A stretch of 64,000 nucleotides of DNA from positions 32,001 through 96,000 of the forward strand of contig CAVQJC010000017.1 in assembly GCA_963712745.1 (NCBI GenBank), in the 5' to 3' direction. A model generated the notes under the pieces. That model did not search any database and was not told the origin of the DNA. It worked only from the letters and a program-made list of their open reading frames with translations. Positions 1 through 9,463 of this stretch are shown here, one piece after another (the stretch's first letter is position 1; every line of letters starts with the position of its first letter). The position numbers were made by a program, and so were the translations under genes. Source of the DNA: an uncultured Chloroflexia bacterium (GTDB lineage: Bacteria > Chloroflexota > Limnocylindria > Limnocylindrales > CSP1-4).

Positions 1-2
1 AG

Positions 3-1259
3 CGCATCGTCAGCGACAGCGCGGGGCACGACCTCGACGCGACCCACCCCACGTACCGCTACGACATGGACGACATCTTCGTCCTGCCCGACGGCACCGT
101 CTGGCTCTCGAGCACCTACAGCCGCGAGGACAACGACGCCAACCCCGGAGCCGGTGCGCTGACCTGGGCCCTGGGACGGTCGGACGCCTTCCAGTATTCC
201 GCTGACAGCCCCAGTTGCGGCACCGAGGGGATGGGCGTGTCGTGTTGGGACCCGGTCGCCGTGCGGGAGGTCACCTACCTCGCGGGCACGCCCATCAACG
301 CGGTCGCGGTCGCGCCCGACGGCACGATCTGGGCCGTGGGCGGCTACGACGGCGACAACGGTGGCCTCTACCGCATCACGCCAGCCTGGCTCGAGCCTGT
401 CACCGACACCGTCGCGGCGGCCCCGACCTTCACCGAGCTGCGCGTAGCCGACGTCACCGAGGTCGACGAGCGCACCCGTGACCTGACCATCGAGTCCCCC
501 TCAGTGGGCGAGGCCACGGTCCGCCTGCTGTTGCCGACGGGCTTCGACGAGGGCGCCGACCGGACGTACCCGGTGCTCTACCTCCTCCACGGCGCCACGG
601 GTGACCACACCAACTGGACCACGGAATCCGACCTGGCCGAGTTGACCGCCGATCTCGACCTGCTCGTGGTCATGCCCGACGGCGGCTCCGACGGCTGGTA
701 CTCGGACTGGTGGAACGAGGGCGAGGGCGGCGTGCCGGCCTGGGAGACGTTCCACCTCGACGAGGTTCGCGAGATCATCGAGCGTGACTGGCAGGCCGGG
801 GAGGAGCGTTCCATCGCCGGGCTCTCGATGGGCGGCTACGGCGCGATGCACTACGCCACCGCCCATCCCGAGCTCTTCGCGGCGGTCGCCTCCTTCAGCG
901 GCGTCGTCGATCCCGTCGGCGGTGGCTTCCGGGGGGACTACCGGCTGTGGGGCGATCCCCTCGAGCAGGCCGACGTCTGGGCCGCGCACGACCCGGTGGC
1001 CATGGCCGAGGCCTTCGCCGACAAGCCCGTCTACCTCTCGTGGGGTGATGGCCAGCCCGGCCCGCTCGACCCCGAAGGCGCTGGCCCCGACGACCTCGAG
1101 GCCTGGGTGGCCCCGCAGAACGAGGCGCTCGCGGCCAGGCTCGCGGAGCTGGGTATCGACGCGACCATCGAGTCCGGCTCGGGCACGCACACCTGGCCCT
1201 ACTGGGAGCAGGGCCTCCACCACGCCCTGCCGATGCTGCTCGACGCGCTCGAGCGCTGA
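3..1259 (+). CDS. 5'-partial multidomain protein: beta-propeller-like N-terminal part fused to an esterase (antigen-85/tributyrin esterase-like alpha/beta hydrolase)
   Basis: Frame is open from base 3 through the ORF at 66..1259; YPVLYLLHG, nucleophile elbow GLSMGG, C-terminal GTHTWPYW; N-terminal VAPDGTIW-type repeats. Confidence 0.85.
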   Translation, partial: RIVSDSAGHDLDATHPTYRYDMDDIFVLPDGTVWLSSTYSREDNDANPGAGALTWALGRSDAFQYSADSPSCGTEGMGVSCWDPVAVREVTYLAGTPINAVAVAPDGTIWAVGGYDGDNGGLYRITPAWLEPVTDTVAAAPTFTELRVADVTEVDERTRDLTIESPSVGEATVRLLLPTGFDEGADRTYPVLYLLHGATGDHTNWTTESDLAELTADLDLLVVMPDGGSDGWYSDWWNEGEGGVPAWETFHLDEVREIIERDWQAGEERSIAGLSMGGYGAMHYATAHPELFAAVASFSGVVDPVGGGFRGDYRLWGDPLEQADVWAAHDPVAMAEAFADKPVYLSWGDGQPGPLDPEGAGPDDLEAWVAPQNEALAARLAELGIDATIESGSGTHTWPYWEQGLHHALPMLLDALER

Positions 1260-1400
1260 GCCGCCGAGCGGGGCCCCTCCGACCGCGGGCGGGTCCCGCG
1301 CCCTGGATACCGGCGTCGCTGCAGGCGGCTCAACGGCCCGGCGCCGGGAAAAGAGCAACCCTGACGATGCGTTTTGGCACCCGTCGAGCGTCATGATGGT

Positions 1401-1943
1401 ATGACCACCATCCGGGCGGAGGCCCAGCTAGTGCAGGACGGGGCGCGGGACGACGCCTGGGATGCGATCGTCGCCCTCGATCGGGAACACGGCCAGCGCC
1501 TGTACGGCTATGCGCTCCGCCTTGGGGTCGATGCGGGCCGCGCCGCGGATGTGGTGCAGGAGGCGTTGCTGCGCCTCTGGCAGGAGCTCAGCCGTGGGGC
1601 CACCATCGCGTCCCGGGAGGCCTGGACCTACCGGACCGTCGCCCGCTTGGCCATGGACGAGCACCGCTTGCACAAGCGCATCGCCAGGCTCATCACGCGA
1701 CTGGACGACGGGCCGCGGCCCCGGCCCATGGAGGTCGCCTCGACCGAGCGTGTGGCCATCTGGGAGCAGGTGGACCGCCTGCCCGACCGCCAGCGCCAGG
1801 TCATCTACCTGCGTTACCAGGCCGATCTCTCGTTCGAGCAGATCGGCCAGGTCATGGGCATCGAACCCGGTGCGGCCCGCTCATATGCGACCACCGCCCA
1901 CCGCGCCCTGCGCCGCGCACTCGTCGATGGAGTGGACCGATGA
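1401..1943 (+). CDS. ECF RNA polymerase sigma-70 factor
   Basis: Region 2 (AADVVQEALLRLW, WTYRTVARLAMD) and region 4 (LPDRQRQVIYLRYQADLSFEQIG). Confidence 0.9.
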   Translation: MTTIRAEAQLVQDGARDDAWDAIVALDREHGQRLYGYALRLGVDAGRAADVVQEALLRLWQELSRGATIASREAWTYRTVARLAMDEHRLHKRIARLITRLDDGPRPRPMEVASTERVAIWEQVDRLPDRQRQVIYLRYQADLSFEQIGQVMGIEPGAARSYATTAHRALRRALVDGVDR

Positions 1944-3670
1944 TGGACGAAACGACCCTGGAGCTCGGCCTCCGTGCCCGCCCGCCTGCCGATCCGGTCT
2001 ACCGGTCGCTGATCACCACCTCGCCGCCCACGACGCACCGGGTCACCACGCAACCCCGCCGGCGAGTTGCGGGTGAGCCTCGACCGATGCTCACCGCTGT
2101 CCGCCTCGTGGCCGCGGTCGCGATCCTGGCCCTCGGCGCGGGCGCGTGGTACCTCGCCGCCGACTCCGGCCCCGTGAGTGTCCCGGCGGCCTCGCCTTCG
2201 CCTGCCGCGTCGACCTCGCCCTCGTTCCTGCCGTCGGTCATCCCGGCCGGCGTGCCGAACGGTGTCATCGACACGCCCATCGGGTCGGCTCGATGGGCCT
2301 ATCTCCACGGCGACCCTACGTCGCTGCCCGGCCCGCTCTCGCCGATACCGGGTCCCTCCGGCAGCCTCCTGTGGTTCGACGAAGGCGATTGGGGCCCGGT
2401 CTCCTGCGAGGTTTCCGGTGCCATCGAGTGCCTGGCCCGACCACAGCTCTGGACCTCCGCCGATGCCATCTCGGAGCGGGTGGAGCTGCCCCTTCCGGTC
2501 GACGCCGCCTCGGCCAGACTCGCGGTGCACGACGGCACCTACTGGCTGGTGACATCCGGCCCCACCTCGATGTGGCGCTCGACCGACGCCGAGCGATGGG
2601 AGCGGATCGACCTGAGCGCGCTCGTCGCACCCGGGCCCGACGAGCTCGACTGGGAGGTCGGTCTGGGCGTGCCGGTGGCGTCCGGCGAGTCCGTGGTTGT
2701 CCCGATCACCTACCAGGCGCTCGACGCTACGCGCCTGCTCGGGCGGCCCGACCTGCGCTCGGCGTGGCCGGCGTGGCCGCAGCAGGTGGCGCCCGGCCTC
2801 TACCGGATCGTGCAGGAGGTGCAGGATGAGTCCGGTGGCGCGAGCCTGGTGCGGATCGAGAAGACCACCGGTGGGCTCCGCTTCTCGGACGAAGCCGGCA
2901 CGGAGATCGCCACGCTCGACGGCGTGAGCCTCGACTTCGTGGACGCGTGGGCCTCGGCCGGTGCCGTGCGTGACTACCAGGTCGCGGTGGTCGACGACGG
3001 TGTCGTCACGCCGGTCAGCCTGCCCGGCCCGTCGGTATCCGACCGCTGGGATTATGGGCCGACCGTGCTCGGGACCAGCGCCGGCTTCCACGCCTTCAAG
3101 GTCACGGCCGACCGCACGATCCGTGTCTGGCGGTCAGATGACGGGCGCGTCTGGACCGAGACCGAGCCACTCGGAGACGACGAGGGCGAGCCGCGCGATG
3201 TCGGGTTCGTCTACCTGCACCCGGGCTGGGGCGGCCCCGCCGTCGTGCGGGCCGGCGGGCAAGGGCAAGACGAGGACACGCTCCGGGAGTGGGAGACGGT
3301 CGACGGCATCACCTGGACGACGGTGCCGTACGCGGACTCCGGTGGCGGCAACCCCTTCCGATTCGGCGACCGCTGGCTGTCCTGGTCGGAGGACATGGGA
3401 CCCTGGCAGGCCTCGATCGACGGCCTGATCTGGGAACCGGCCACCGAGCTCTCTGCGGTCATCTCGCCGGCGACGGGTGGGACCGTCGGCTGGAGCTACG
3501 GCCTGGCGGCCGTCATCGGGGAGACGCTGTTCTACGCGGGCGGGACGGACTACGGGACCCGCGAGCGAGACCTCTGGGTCATCGAGTTCGTCGCCGAACC
3601 CGACGGCGCACCAACGGAGGTCGAGACCACCACGGGAGCATCGCAGGACGGCGTTTCCGAAGGGGGGTGA
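1940..3670 (+). CDS. Putative anti-sigma factor: single TM helix plus extracellular Asp-box/BNR-like repeat domain
   Basis: Overlaps the sigma stop codon; TM segment LVAAVAILALGAGAWYL; Pro/Ser linker; WTSAD, WRSTD, WRSDDG and WETVDG boxes. Confidence 0.7.
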   Translation: MMDETTLELGLRARPPADPVYRSLITTSPPTTHRVTTQPRRRVAGEPRPMLTAVRLVAAVAILALGAGAWYLAADSGPVSVPAASPSPAASTSPSFLPSVIPAGVPNGVIDTPIGSARWAYLHGDPTSLPGPLSPIPGPSGSLLWFDEGDWGPVSCEVSGAIECLARPQLWTSADAISERVELPLPVDAASARLAVHDGTYWLVTSGPTSMWRSTDAERWERIDLSALVAPGPDELDWEVGLGVPVASGESVVVPITYQALDATRLLGRPDLRSAWPAWPQQVAPGLYRIVQEVQDESGGASLVRIEKTTGGLRFSDEAGTEIATLDGVSLDFVDAWASAGAVRDYQVAVVDDGVVTPVSLPGPSVSDRWDYGPTVLGTSAGFHAFKVTADRTIRVWRSDDGRVWTETEPLGDDEGEPRDVGFVYLHPGWGGPAVVRAGGQGQDEDTLREWETVDGITWTTVPYADSGGGNPFRFGDRWLSWSEDMGPWQASIDGLIWEPATELSAVISPATGGTVGWSYGLAAVIGETLFYAGGTDYGTRERDLWVIEFVAEPDGAPTEVETTTGASQDGVSEGG

Positions 3671-3757
3671 TCCGAGCACACGGCGTTGACCGTTCCAACC
3701 TGAGCGGTCCACTGCCGGGCAGCCTGCCCGGCGCCACCCCCAAAGGAGCACTCACCC

Positions 3758-4297
3758 ATGCGCATGATCCGACACCTCGCGACCGGCGTCGCGACCCTGG
3801 CCATCGTCGCCATCTCGTTCGCTCCGGTCTCGGCCCAGTCGGCCGAGCTCTCGCTCGACCCGACCCAGCCCGCCCCGTTCACCGGCCGCATCGCGTACGG
3901 CGGCCAGGTGCGCTCGGGGACCATGGACACGGTCGACGGGCACATCGAGTCGCGCGGCTCGGCCTTCGCGCCGAGCATGGTCTCCGTGAGCGACCCGCGC
4001 CTCGACGGCGACGTCCTCATCAGCTGGCAGACCGACGAGTACGTCGCCTCCGATGGCGCGGATCAGGTCCTCGGCAGCGGCACCTGGCGCATCGAGACCG
4101 CCGACGGCGCATGGGAGGGGTCCTACGTCCGGCTCGAGGCCGATGGTCTCTCGGACAAGAGCACCGCGGTCCTGACCGGTCAGGGCGCATACGAGGGGCT
4201 CACCGCCGTCTGGGAGCAGACCATCGACGGCTCGGGATGGGACATCGCCGGAGCCATCTTCCCGTCCGGTCCCCCTCCGGCCGCTGTGCTGCCGTAG
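3758..4297 (+). CDS. Secreted hypothetical protein (DPRLDG...GAYEGLTA domain)
   Basis: AAGGAG RBS, signal peptide; shares motifs with 36234..37067 and 33480..33780. Confidence 0.75.
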   Translation: MRMIRHLATGVATLAIVAISFAPVSAQSAELSLDPTQPAPFTGRIAYGGQVRSGTMDTVDGHIESRGSAFAPSMVSVSDPRLDGDVLISWQTDEYVASDGADQVLGSGTWRIETADGAWEGSYVRLEADGLSDKSTAVLTGQGAYEGLTAVWEQTIDGSGWDIAGAIFPSGPPPAAVLP

Positions 4298-4535
4298 CGG
4301 CGTCACCCGCCACGACAGCGACCGACAGACTGTCGTCGGTCGCTGTCTCGCTCCCCAGCCAGTACGCGGCCTGCGCCGCGTTCACACAGCCGGTCCGCCG
4401 GTACAGCCCCGACAGATGCTGGCGCACCGTCGTCTCGCTGATACCCAACTCATACGCGGCCGCCGCTATCGAGCCCGCCGCGATGTAGGCGCGCAGGACC
4501 TCCAGTTGGCGCCGCGTCGGCCGCTGCCTCGCCAT
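4200..4535 (-). CDS. Stand-alone LuxR-type HTH protein (3' end probably eroded)
   Basis: PTRRQLEVLRAY...AAAYELGISETTVRQHLSGLYRRTG; the frame runs into the convergent gene. Confidence 0.7.
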   Translation of the reverse strand: MARQRPTRRQLEVLRAYIAAGSIAAAAYELGISETTVRQHLSGLYRRTGCVNAAQAAYWLGSETATDDSLSVAVVAGDAATAAQRPEGDRTGRWLRRCPIPSRRWSAPRRR

Positions 4536-4752
4536 CAGCCGGCCTTCCGGTAGGCATCGGCCCACGATCTCGCCGCCGGAGCCGCGTTCTCGAGCACGAA
4601 TCGGGGCCGGAACCGCAGGTGGGCCAAGCTGGCGCGACCCTTCTCGCCCCGACCACCTTTCGGGCTTGGTCCGCTCGTCCCATCACGCAGCTGCCAGGCG
4701 GACCGCGAGTCCACGACAGGGTCGGGTCATCGGGCTCGCCGGACCCAGGGCG

Positions 4753-5007
4753 TCAGTAGTGGTAGCGCGCCTGGAGGATCACCAGGTCATCGCCGTCGAT
4801 CAGATACACCAGCCGATGCTCGTCGGTGATGCGCCGAGACCATGCCCCCGACAGCAGGTGTCGCAACGGTTCCGGCTTGCCGATACCGGAGGTCGGGTCG
4901 CGCAGGGCCGCTTCGATCAGCCGGTTAACCCGCTTGAGCATCGCGCGGTCGGTCTCGACCCAGAACGAGTAGTCCTCCCACCCGTGGGGCGTGAAGACCA
5001 GCTTCAA
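4753..5007 (-). CDS. yoeB: Txe/YoeB family toxin
   Basis: GIGKPEPLRHLLSGAWSRRITDEHRLVY...ARYHY. Confidence 0.95.
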   Translation of the reverse strand: MKLVFTPHGWEDYSFWVETDRAMLKRVNRLIEAALRDPTSGIGKPEPLRHLLSGAWSRRITDEHRLVYLIDGDDLVILQARYHY

Positions 5008-5249
5008 CGATCGAGCTCGTGTTCATCCCGCCGGCCGGAGAGTGCCTGCTGCAGGCTCTCGAGTAGACGCCTCGCGTTCGCCGGCGCTCGAAGCAGGTGC
5101 GCCGTCGCCTCCAGTGAGTCGTAGTCCGCGCGCGAGATGAGGACGGCATCGCCCCGACGGGAGGTGATCTCCACCGGTGTCCGGTCCTCGTTGACCTGCT
5201 CGATCAGCGGGAACAGGTTCTTGCGTGCCTCAGACGCGGTGATGGCCAT
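5004..5249 (-). CDS. yefM: Phd/YefM family antitoxin
   Basis: MAITASEARKNLFPLIEQV...SLEATAHLLRAPANARRLLES; overlaps yoeB. Confidence 0.95.
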   Translation of the reverse strand: MAITASEARKNLFPLIEQVNEDRTPVEITSRRGDAVLISRADYDSLEATAHLLRAPANARRLLESLQQALSGRRDEHELDR

Positions 5250-5266
5250 GGGTCCCTCCTCCGTGT

Positions 5267-5288
5267 GTGGTACGAGATATGGTACCAC
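5267..5288. promoter_or_regulatory. Probable YefM operator
   Basis: Inverted repeat GTGGTAC-N8-GTACCAC with GTAC cores 12 bp apart, just upstream of yefM. Confidence 0.65.
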
Positions 5289-5406
5289 CTTGCGCCCGGC
5301 GAATCGGAGAGCAACGAAGAGCGACCAGTTCCGCGGACCGGGCCACGGACGATACTTGCAGACGCCAGTTCGCGGCTACCGAGCTGTTCGACCTTTCCAG
5401 GAAGCC

Positions 5407-5571
5407 ATGCGCGCTCTCGGGCGCGAGGTCCGCACGCTCGATGAGTGGCTGTACCAGCGCGTCGACGCCTACCCCGGCTGGGAAGGCACCCGTGATGTCG
5501 GTGCCGGCGTCGACATGACGGGCTGGCTCGACGAGATCGAGCGGTTCCTCGACGGGCAGGACGAGACGTAG
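5407..5571 (+). CDS. Small hypothetical protein, probably a 5'-truncated phage-type gene
   Basis: First of three tightly coupled small ORFs. Confidence 0.4.
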   Translation: MRALGREVRTLDEWLYQRVDAYPGWEGTRDVGAGVDMTGWLDEIERFLDGQDET

Positions 5572-5573
5572 CC

Positions 5574-5807
5574 ATGCGCCGCGACACCGCCTACCTCCGG
5601 AGCCACGGCCACGACCCCCGAGGTCCTGGTGCCGACGAGCGGATGCACGACCGGCTGCGAGCCCGACAGCGCGACATCGCCGAGGCCCGGGCCATGTGGG
5701 CCGAAGGCCACTCGCTCTACGCCATCCATCTTGCGACGGGCCGCTCGAAGGAGTGGCTGCGCACCTACGCCGGCATCCGCGACCAGCACGAAGGAGACCA
5801 CCGATGA
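5574..5807 (+). CDS. Small hypothetical phage-type protein, possible HTH
   Basis: 77 aa; GHSLYAIHLATGRSKEWLR; ATGA-coupled to the next gene. Confidence 0.5.
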   Translation: MRRDTAYLRSHGHDPRGPGADERMHDRLRARQRDIAEARAMWAEGHSLYAIHLATGRSKEWLRTYAGIRDQHEGDHR

Positions 5808-5995
5808 CCACGAAGAAGGCCACCACCGAGCTGCGCCGCTGCGCGGGCAGCGCCCGCTTCGGCATCGAGCGGCACGAGGCGCCGATCGGCGAGCTCCCCA
5901 AGCAGCCGAGCCGCAAGGACGGCCTGGGCACGATGTGCACCGAGCACTGGCAGGCCTACGTGAAGGTGCTGCGGGAGGCGCGGAAGGGGGCGATG
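5804..5995 (+). pseudogene. Small phage-type protein family C, copy 1 (stop codon lost)
   Basis: MTTKKATTELRRCAGSARFGIERHEA...PKQPSRKDGLGTMCTEHW; close homolog of 27122..27325. Confidence 0.7.
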
Positions 5996-6053
5996 GCGGC
6001 CGACGGATCGGAGTCCGACGCCGCGTGGCGGGGTACTCGCGCCGCTCACCAAC

Positions 6054-6085
6054 GGGCCCCGGGCGAACGTCCGGGGCCTTTCCTC
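6054..6085 (+). terminator. Probable intrinsic terminator
   Basis: GGCCCCGG/CCGGGGCC stem followed by TTTCCT. Confidence 0.5.
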
Positions 6086-6120
6086 GTGCCTTCGCCACCG
6101 GTGCCAGCACGACGGGCAGC

Positions 6121-6156
6121 GCGCCACGTGGGCGCCCCGTCGCGCCCGTGGGCGAG
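6121..6156 (+). repeat. 36-bp dispersed repeat E, copy 1
   Basis: 33 of 36 bases match 34224..34259. Confidence 0.75.
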
Positions 6157-6159
6157 CAT

Positions 6160-6205
6160 GGCGCCCATCCGTGCAGGCCCGGCGCCCATCCGTGCAGGCC
6201 CGGCG
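6160..6205 (+). repeat. 21-bp tandem duplication
   Basis: GGCGCCCATCCGTGCAGGCCC x2 plus GGCG. Confidence 0.9.
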
Positions 6206-6222
6206 TCCGGCGCTCGATGTTG

Positions 6223-6350
6223 GAGCGGCAGCGCTCGCCGCAGACGATGGCCTGGCGAGGCCGGGCGTCGAGCGAGTCTTCGCAGCCCGGGCAGACGCGT
6301 CCGCTGGGCCGGCGACGGATGGCGGCGCGGTGCGGCTGCCCCTGGACACG
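6223..6350 (-). pseudogene. Zn-finger phage-type gene fragment
   Basis: RVCPGCEDSLDARPRQAIVCGERCRS, homologous to 54413..54889. Confidence 0.75.
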
Positions 6351-6393
6351 AAGCAGAGGCTCGCTCCGATGGTCGGGCCTCGGAGAGGTGCGG

Positions 6394-6837
6394 TCAGGCT
6401 TGCGTCGGGACGTCGGCCTCGGCGAGGGCCTTGAAGCTCCCCCAGATCCGCTGCTGGTTCTTCTCCATGCCGCCCGAGGACACCAGGTCCTTGAGGAAGC
6501 CGGGCATCCTGCCCGGGATCTCGTAGTCGGAGTCGAAAAGGAACGTGGTCGCCTCGCCGGCGGGTTCGAACCGGTGGGTGTTGTCCATCGGGCCGTAGTC
6601 GCTACGCATCCGGATGAGCCGCTGCGGCTCGACCTCGACGACCTCGACGGCCCACTTCGTCTCGAAGCCCATGACCTTCATGCTGTGTTCCAGCGTCGTG
6701 CCGACCTCGTCCAGCGGCCCGTTGAAGGTGGTCTTGCGATCCGACATCCAGTCTGGCCAGCGGGACGTGTCGAGGAAGAACGCCCAGACGTGCTCGACCG
6801 GCGCCTCGATGCGGACCTCGTGATGGAAGTGCTTCAT
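6394..6837 (-). CDS. SRPBCC family protein
   Basis: IEAPVEHVWAFFLDTSRWPDW. Confidence 0.85.
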   Translation of the reverse strand: MKHFHHEVRIEAPVEHVWAFFLDTSRWPDWMSDRKTTFNGPLDEVGTTLEHSMKVMGFETKWAVEVVEVEPQRLIRMRSDYGPMDNTHRFEPAGEATTFLFDSDYEIPGRMPGFLKDLVSSGGMEKNQQRIWGSFKALAEADVPTQA

Positions 6838-7006
6838 GACCTACCCCCGTCTGTGCGGGCCGGTTTCACTGGTGGCTCGGCGCGACCTGGCTGGTCGCGA
6901 CGGTCCAGGCGGCCGGTGCTGGGGCCGCGCGTCGAAGCCTCCCGCTAGGGGTGATTCTCGCGCGGGTGTCCATGAACGCTGCGCGAACGTCCGGTTCGGG
7001 AAGGAT

Positions 7007-8201
7007 CTACCTACCCATCAGCTCCTGAGCCGCGTCCGGGATGGGGCGACCCTCAGCGAGCTCGCTCGCCGCCATCCCCAAGGCCCTGCGGATGGGGGCG
7101 TGTCGATCCTCCGTCAGGGGCCCTCCGCCGACCACGAGGTTGCCCGATCCCAAGACCAGCGAACCTGCCCACGCGAAGTCGGCCCGCTGGGCGAACCGTC
7201 GACAGATCGCCGAGGCTGTTGCGCTCTGATGCGATTCGGGAGTCGCGCTGTTGACGATGGCTGCGAGCAGAGAGGGCGAGGCGCCGCGGCGACGGTGTGC
7301 CGCAAGCAACTCGAGCATCTCGGTGACCGGGGCGGGTAGCGAGTCGATGTGGAGGGGGAACGCCAGGGTCACCAGATCGACCTCGTCGACCGCGTCGATG
7401 AGCTCGTCGGTCCCCGCTGATGAGCGCATGGCCTGATGCACGAAGACCGTCCTTGAGTCGATCGAGCGATCGACGAGCTGCTCATGGAGGTAGCCGCCGA
7501 GGGAGTGGGACGTGCTCGATCGGCGTCATGGGACTGCCGACGAGCAGGAGGGCACGACGCACCTCGGTCGGCTGCGAGTCTGGCAGTTGCGCGGGCAGGG
7601 CAGATGGCGGTGTCGACCGCCCGTCGCTGACGTCGTCTATCGCCTCGCGCACCAGGGCCTCGAGTGCCCCATCGGAGACATCGGCCGCGACGACCGCACT
7701 CACGTGTGTCCCGGCGTGCATCCCGGCGTGCATGTTGAGCGCGTTTCGCTGGATAAGGTGTCGGAAGATCGTCTCCGCCTGGGCATCGGGTTCGTCCAGC
7801 CAGCCGACCGCAAGGAGGTCGGGATTGGCCTCGTACCGCTTCCCGGTGTGCACCTCGCCATCGATCTCCGTGACGGACAGCGAGAAGTTCTGGATCAGGT
7901 GGTCGACCATGCGCTTGAGGATCGATGAGTAGCCACCGAAGGTCACCGGCGTCAGACAGACCAGCAGGTCGCTGCCTGCGACCGCCTCGGCGATGGGGCG
8001 GTTGTCATCGGCGATCCGGCAGACCCCCGGCGTCTGGACCCAGCAGCCGAGGTCCCCGGCACACGGAGCGATGGTCTTCTCGCGGAGGATGGTGCGTCCG
8101 ACGCTCCAGCCGATGGCCTCGAGTCGGTGCTCGATCGCCGCGCCGACTCGCTCGCCCACCGTGTCACCTGCCGCCGACCCATCGAGGATGGTTGCCCGCA
8201 T
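7007..8201 (-). pseudogene. Two-domain flavodoxin-like NAD(P)H-dependent oxidoreductase, frameshifted
   Basis: ILDGS, CAGDLGCWVQTPGVC, TPVTFGGYSS; second domain LLVGSP shifts frame near 7525 into SSTSHSLGGYL...AFPLHIDSLP. Confidence 0.75.
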
Positions 8202-8381
8202 GGCGATGCCTCCTGGCGGTCGGCCGACGCGACGGTTCTGACACGGCTCTGGTATGGAGTCCCATTCGACCGCCCACGCGATGCTCCGACATGACCGAGC
8301 CGATGGCAAGAGTCGTTCGGCTCCGGCTCTCACCAGTCGGACGCGCTTCGAGGCATCACCCCGAATCGCCATGAGTAGGCG

Positions 8382-8462
8382 GATGGGTCTCGGCACGATG
8401 TGCACCGAGCATTGGCGCGCCTTCGTCAGGGCGCTGCGCGAGGCGCGGAAGGCGGCGAAGGC
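8382..8462 (+). pseudogene. Family C small gene, 3' fragment (copy 2)
   Basis: GLGTMCTEHWRAFVRALREARKA. Confidence 0.75.
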
Positions 8463-8709
8463 AGGTGAAACGCGGCCACTGCCGGCGGCGGACCGGAGGC
8501 TGACGCCGCGTAGAGGGCCCGCTCGTGTTTGACAGGGGCCCAGGGCGTGTGCCCGGGACCCCTCTCAGTCTTCGGCCTTCTCGTCGTGTCCGCGACCCGT
8601 TCGCGAGCGCCGGGCGGCTCGAAGTCGGACCTCCGTCACCTGGTCACTGCGCTTGATGACCGACGCCAGCCACGAGCCACGCCTCCCGGATCGGCCCACG
8701 GCGCCACGG

Positions 8710-9099
8710 TCACGCGGGTCGGTAGACCCCGAAGGTGGCCCCGTCCGGATCCCGAAGCACCGCTGCCCGGCCCCAGCCGGGGATGTCGACCGGCTCGACC
8801 AGGACGGTCCCGCCGCCGGACTTCGCGCGCCCGACGGCAGCCTCCACGTCGTCGGTGCCGAAGTAAGGGACCCAGTGCCCCTCCGGTCCGCCCGAAGGCC
8901 AGGTCGCCGAATCGGCGCGTGGACCGGTCATCCCCGCGAAAGGTCGTCCGTCGACCAGTAGCAGGCGGTAGTCGCCAGGAGCGTCGGCGACGGGCTGCAC
9001 CTCGACTCCGATCACCTTCTCGTAGAAGCCTTCCGAGGCCTCCGGGTCCCGCGACATCAGCTCGTGCCAGATGAAACTCTGCGGGTCCATGTCCACCAC
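8710..9099 (-). CDS. VOC/glyoxalase family protein
   Basis: FIWHELMSRDPEASEGFY...WVPYFGTDDV...DPDGATFG. Confidence 0.9.
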   Translation of the reverse strand: MVDMDPQSFIWHELMSRDPEASEGFYEKVIGVEVQPVADAPGDYRLLLVDGRPFAGMTGPRADSATWPSGGPEGHWVPYFGTDDVEAAVGRAKSGGGTVLVEPVDIPGWGRAAVLRDPDGATFGVYRPA

Positions 9100-9371
9100 G
9101 TCCTTTCCTGTGACCCTCGCGCTTTGTACGCTGTCCCATCACTACTGTACGTTGCACACCGCCCATGCCGTCACCGCGGGCAGCCAGCGGGAGAGCGCCG
9201 AGCTGTACCGGGCCATGCTGCGGACGGCCGACGAGCTGGCATCCTCGGTGCCTGAGCTGCGCTCGCTCGAGCGCTACGTCGGGGCGTCGTCCGAAGGAGC
9301 TCCCGCGCAGTACGTGAGGTGGAACACTCGGCCTCCCGGACGGGTCGACGGTGCGGCGCGGCCCGACGACG

Positions 9372-9463
9372 GGCGTGACCAGAATGGCGAAACTCGGCCG
9401 CGCGCGTGAGTGCCTACGGGGTCCCCGGGCGCCCATGTCAGCGCCCTGTGGGTAGCCCGGGTC
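9372..9463 (+). repeat. cos-like dispersed repeat A, copy 1
   Basis: GACCAGAAT..CGAAACTCGGCCGCGCG..TACGGGGTCCCCGGGCGCCCATGTCAGCGCCCTGTGGGTA; the repeat is seen directly, the cos function is inferred. Confidence 0.85.
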
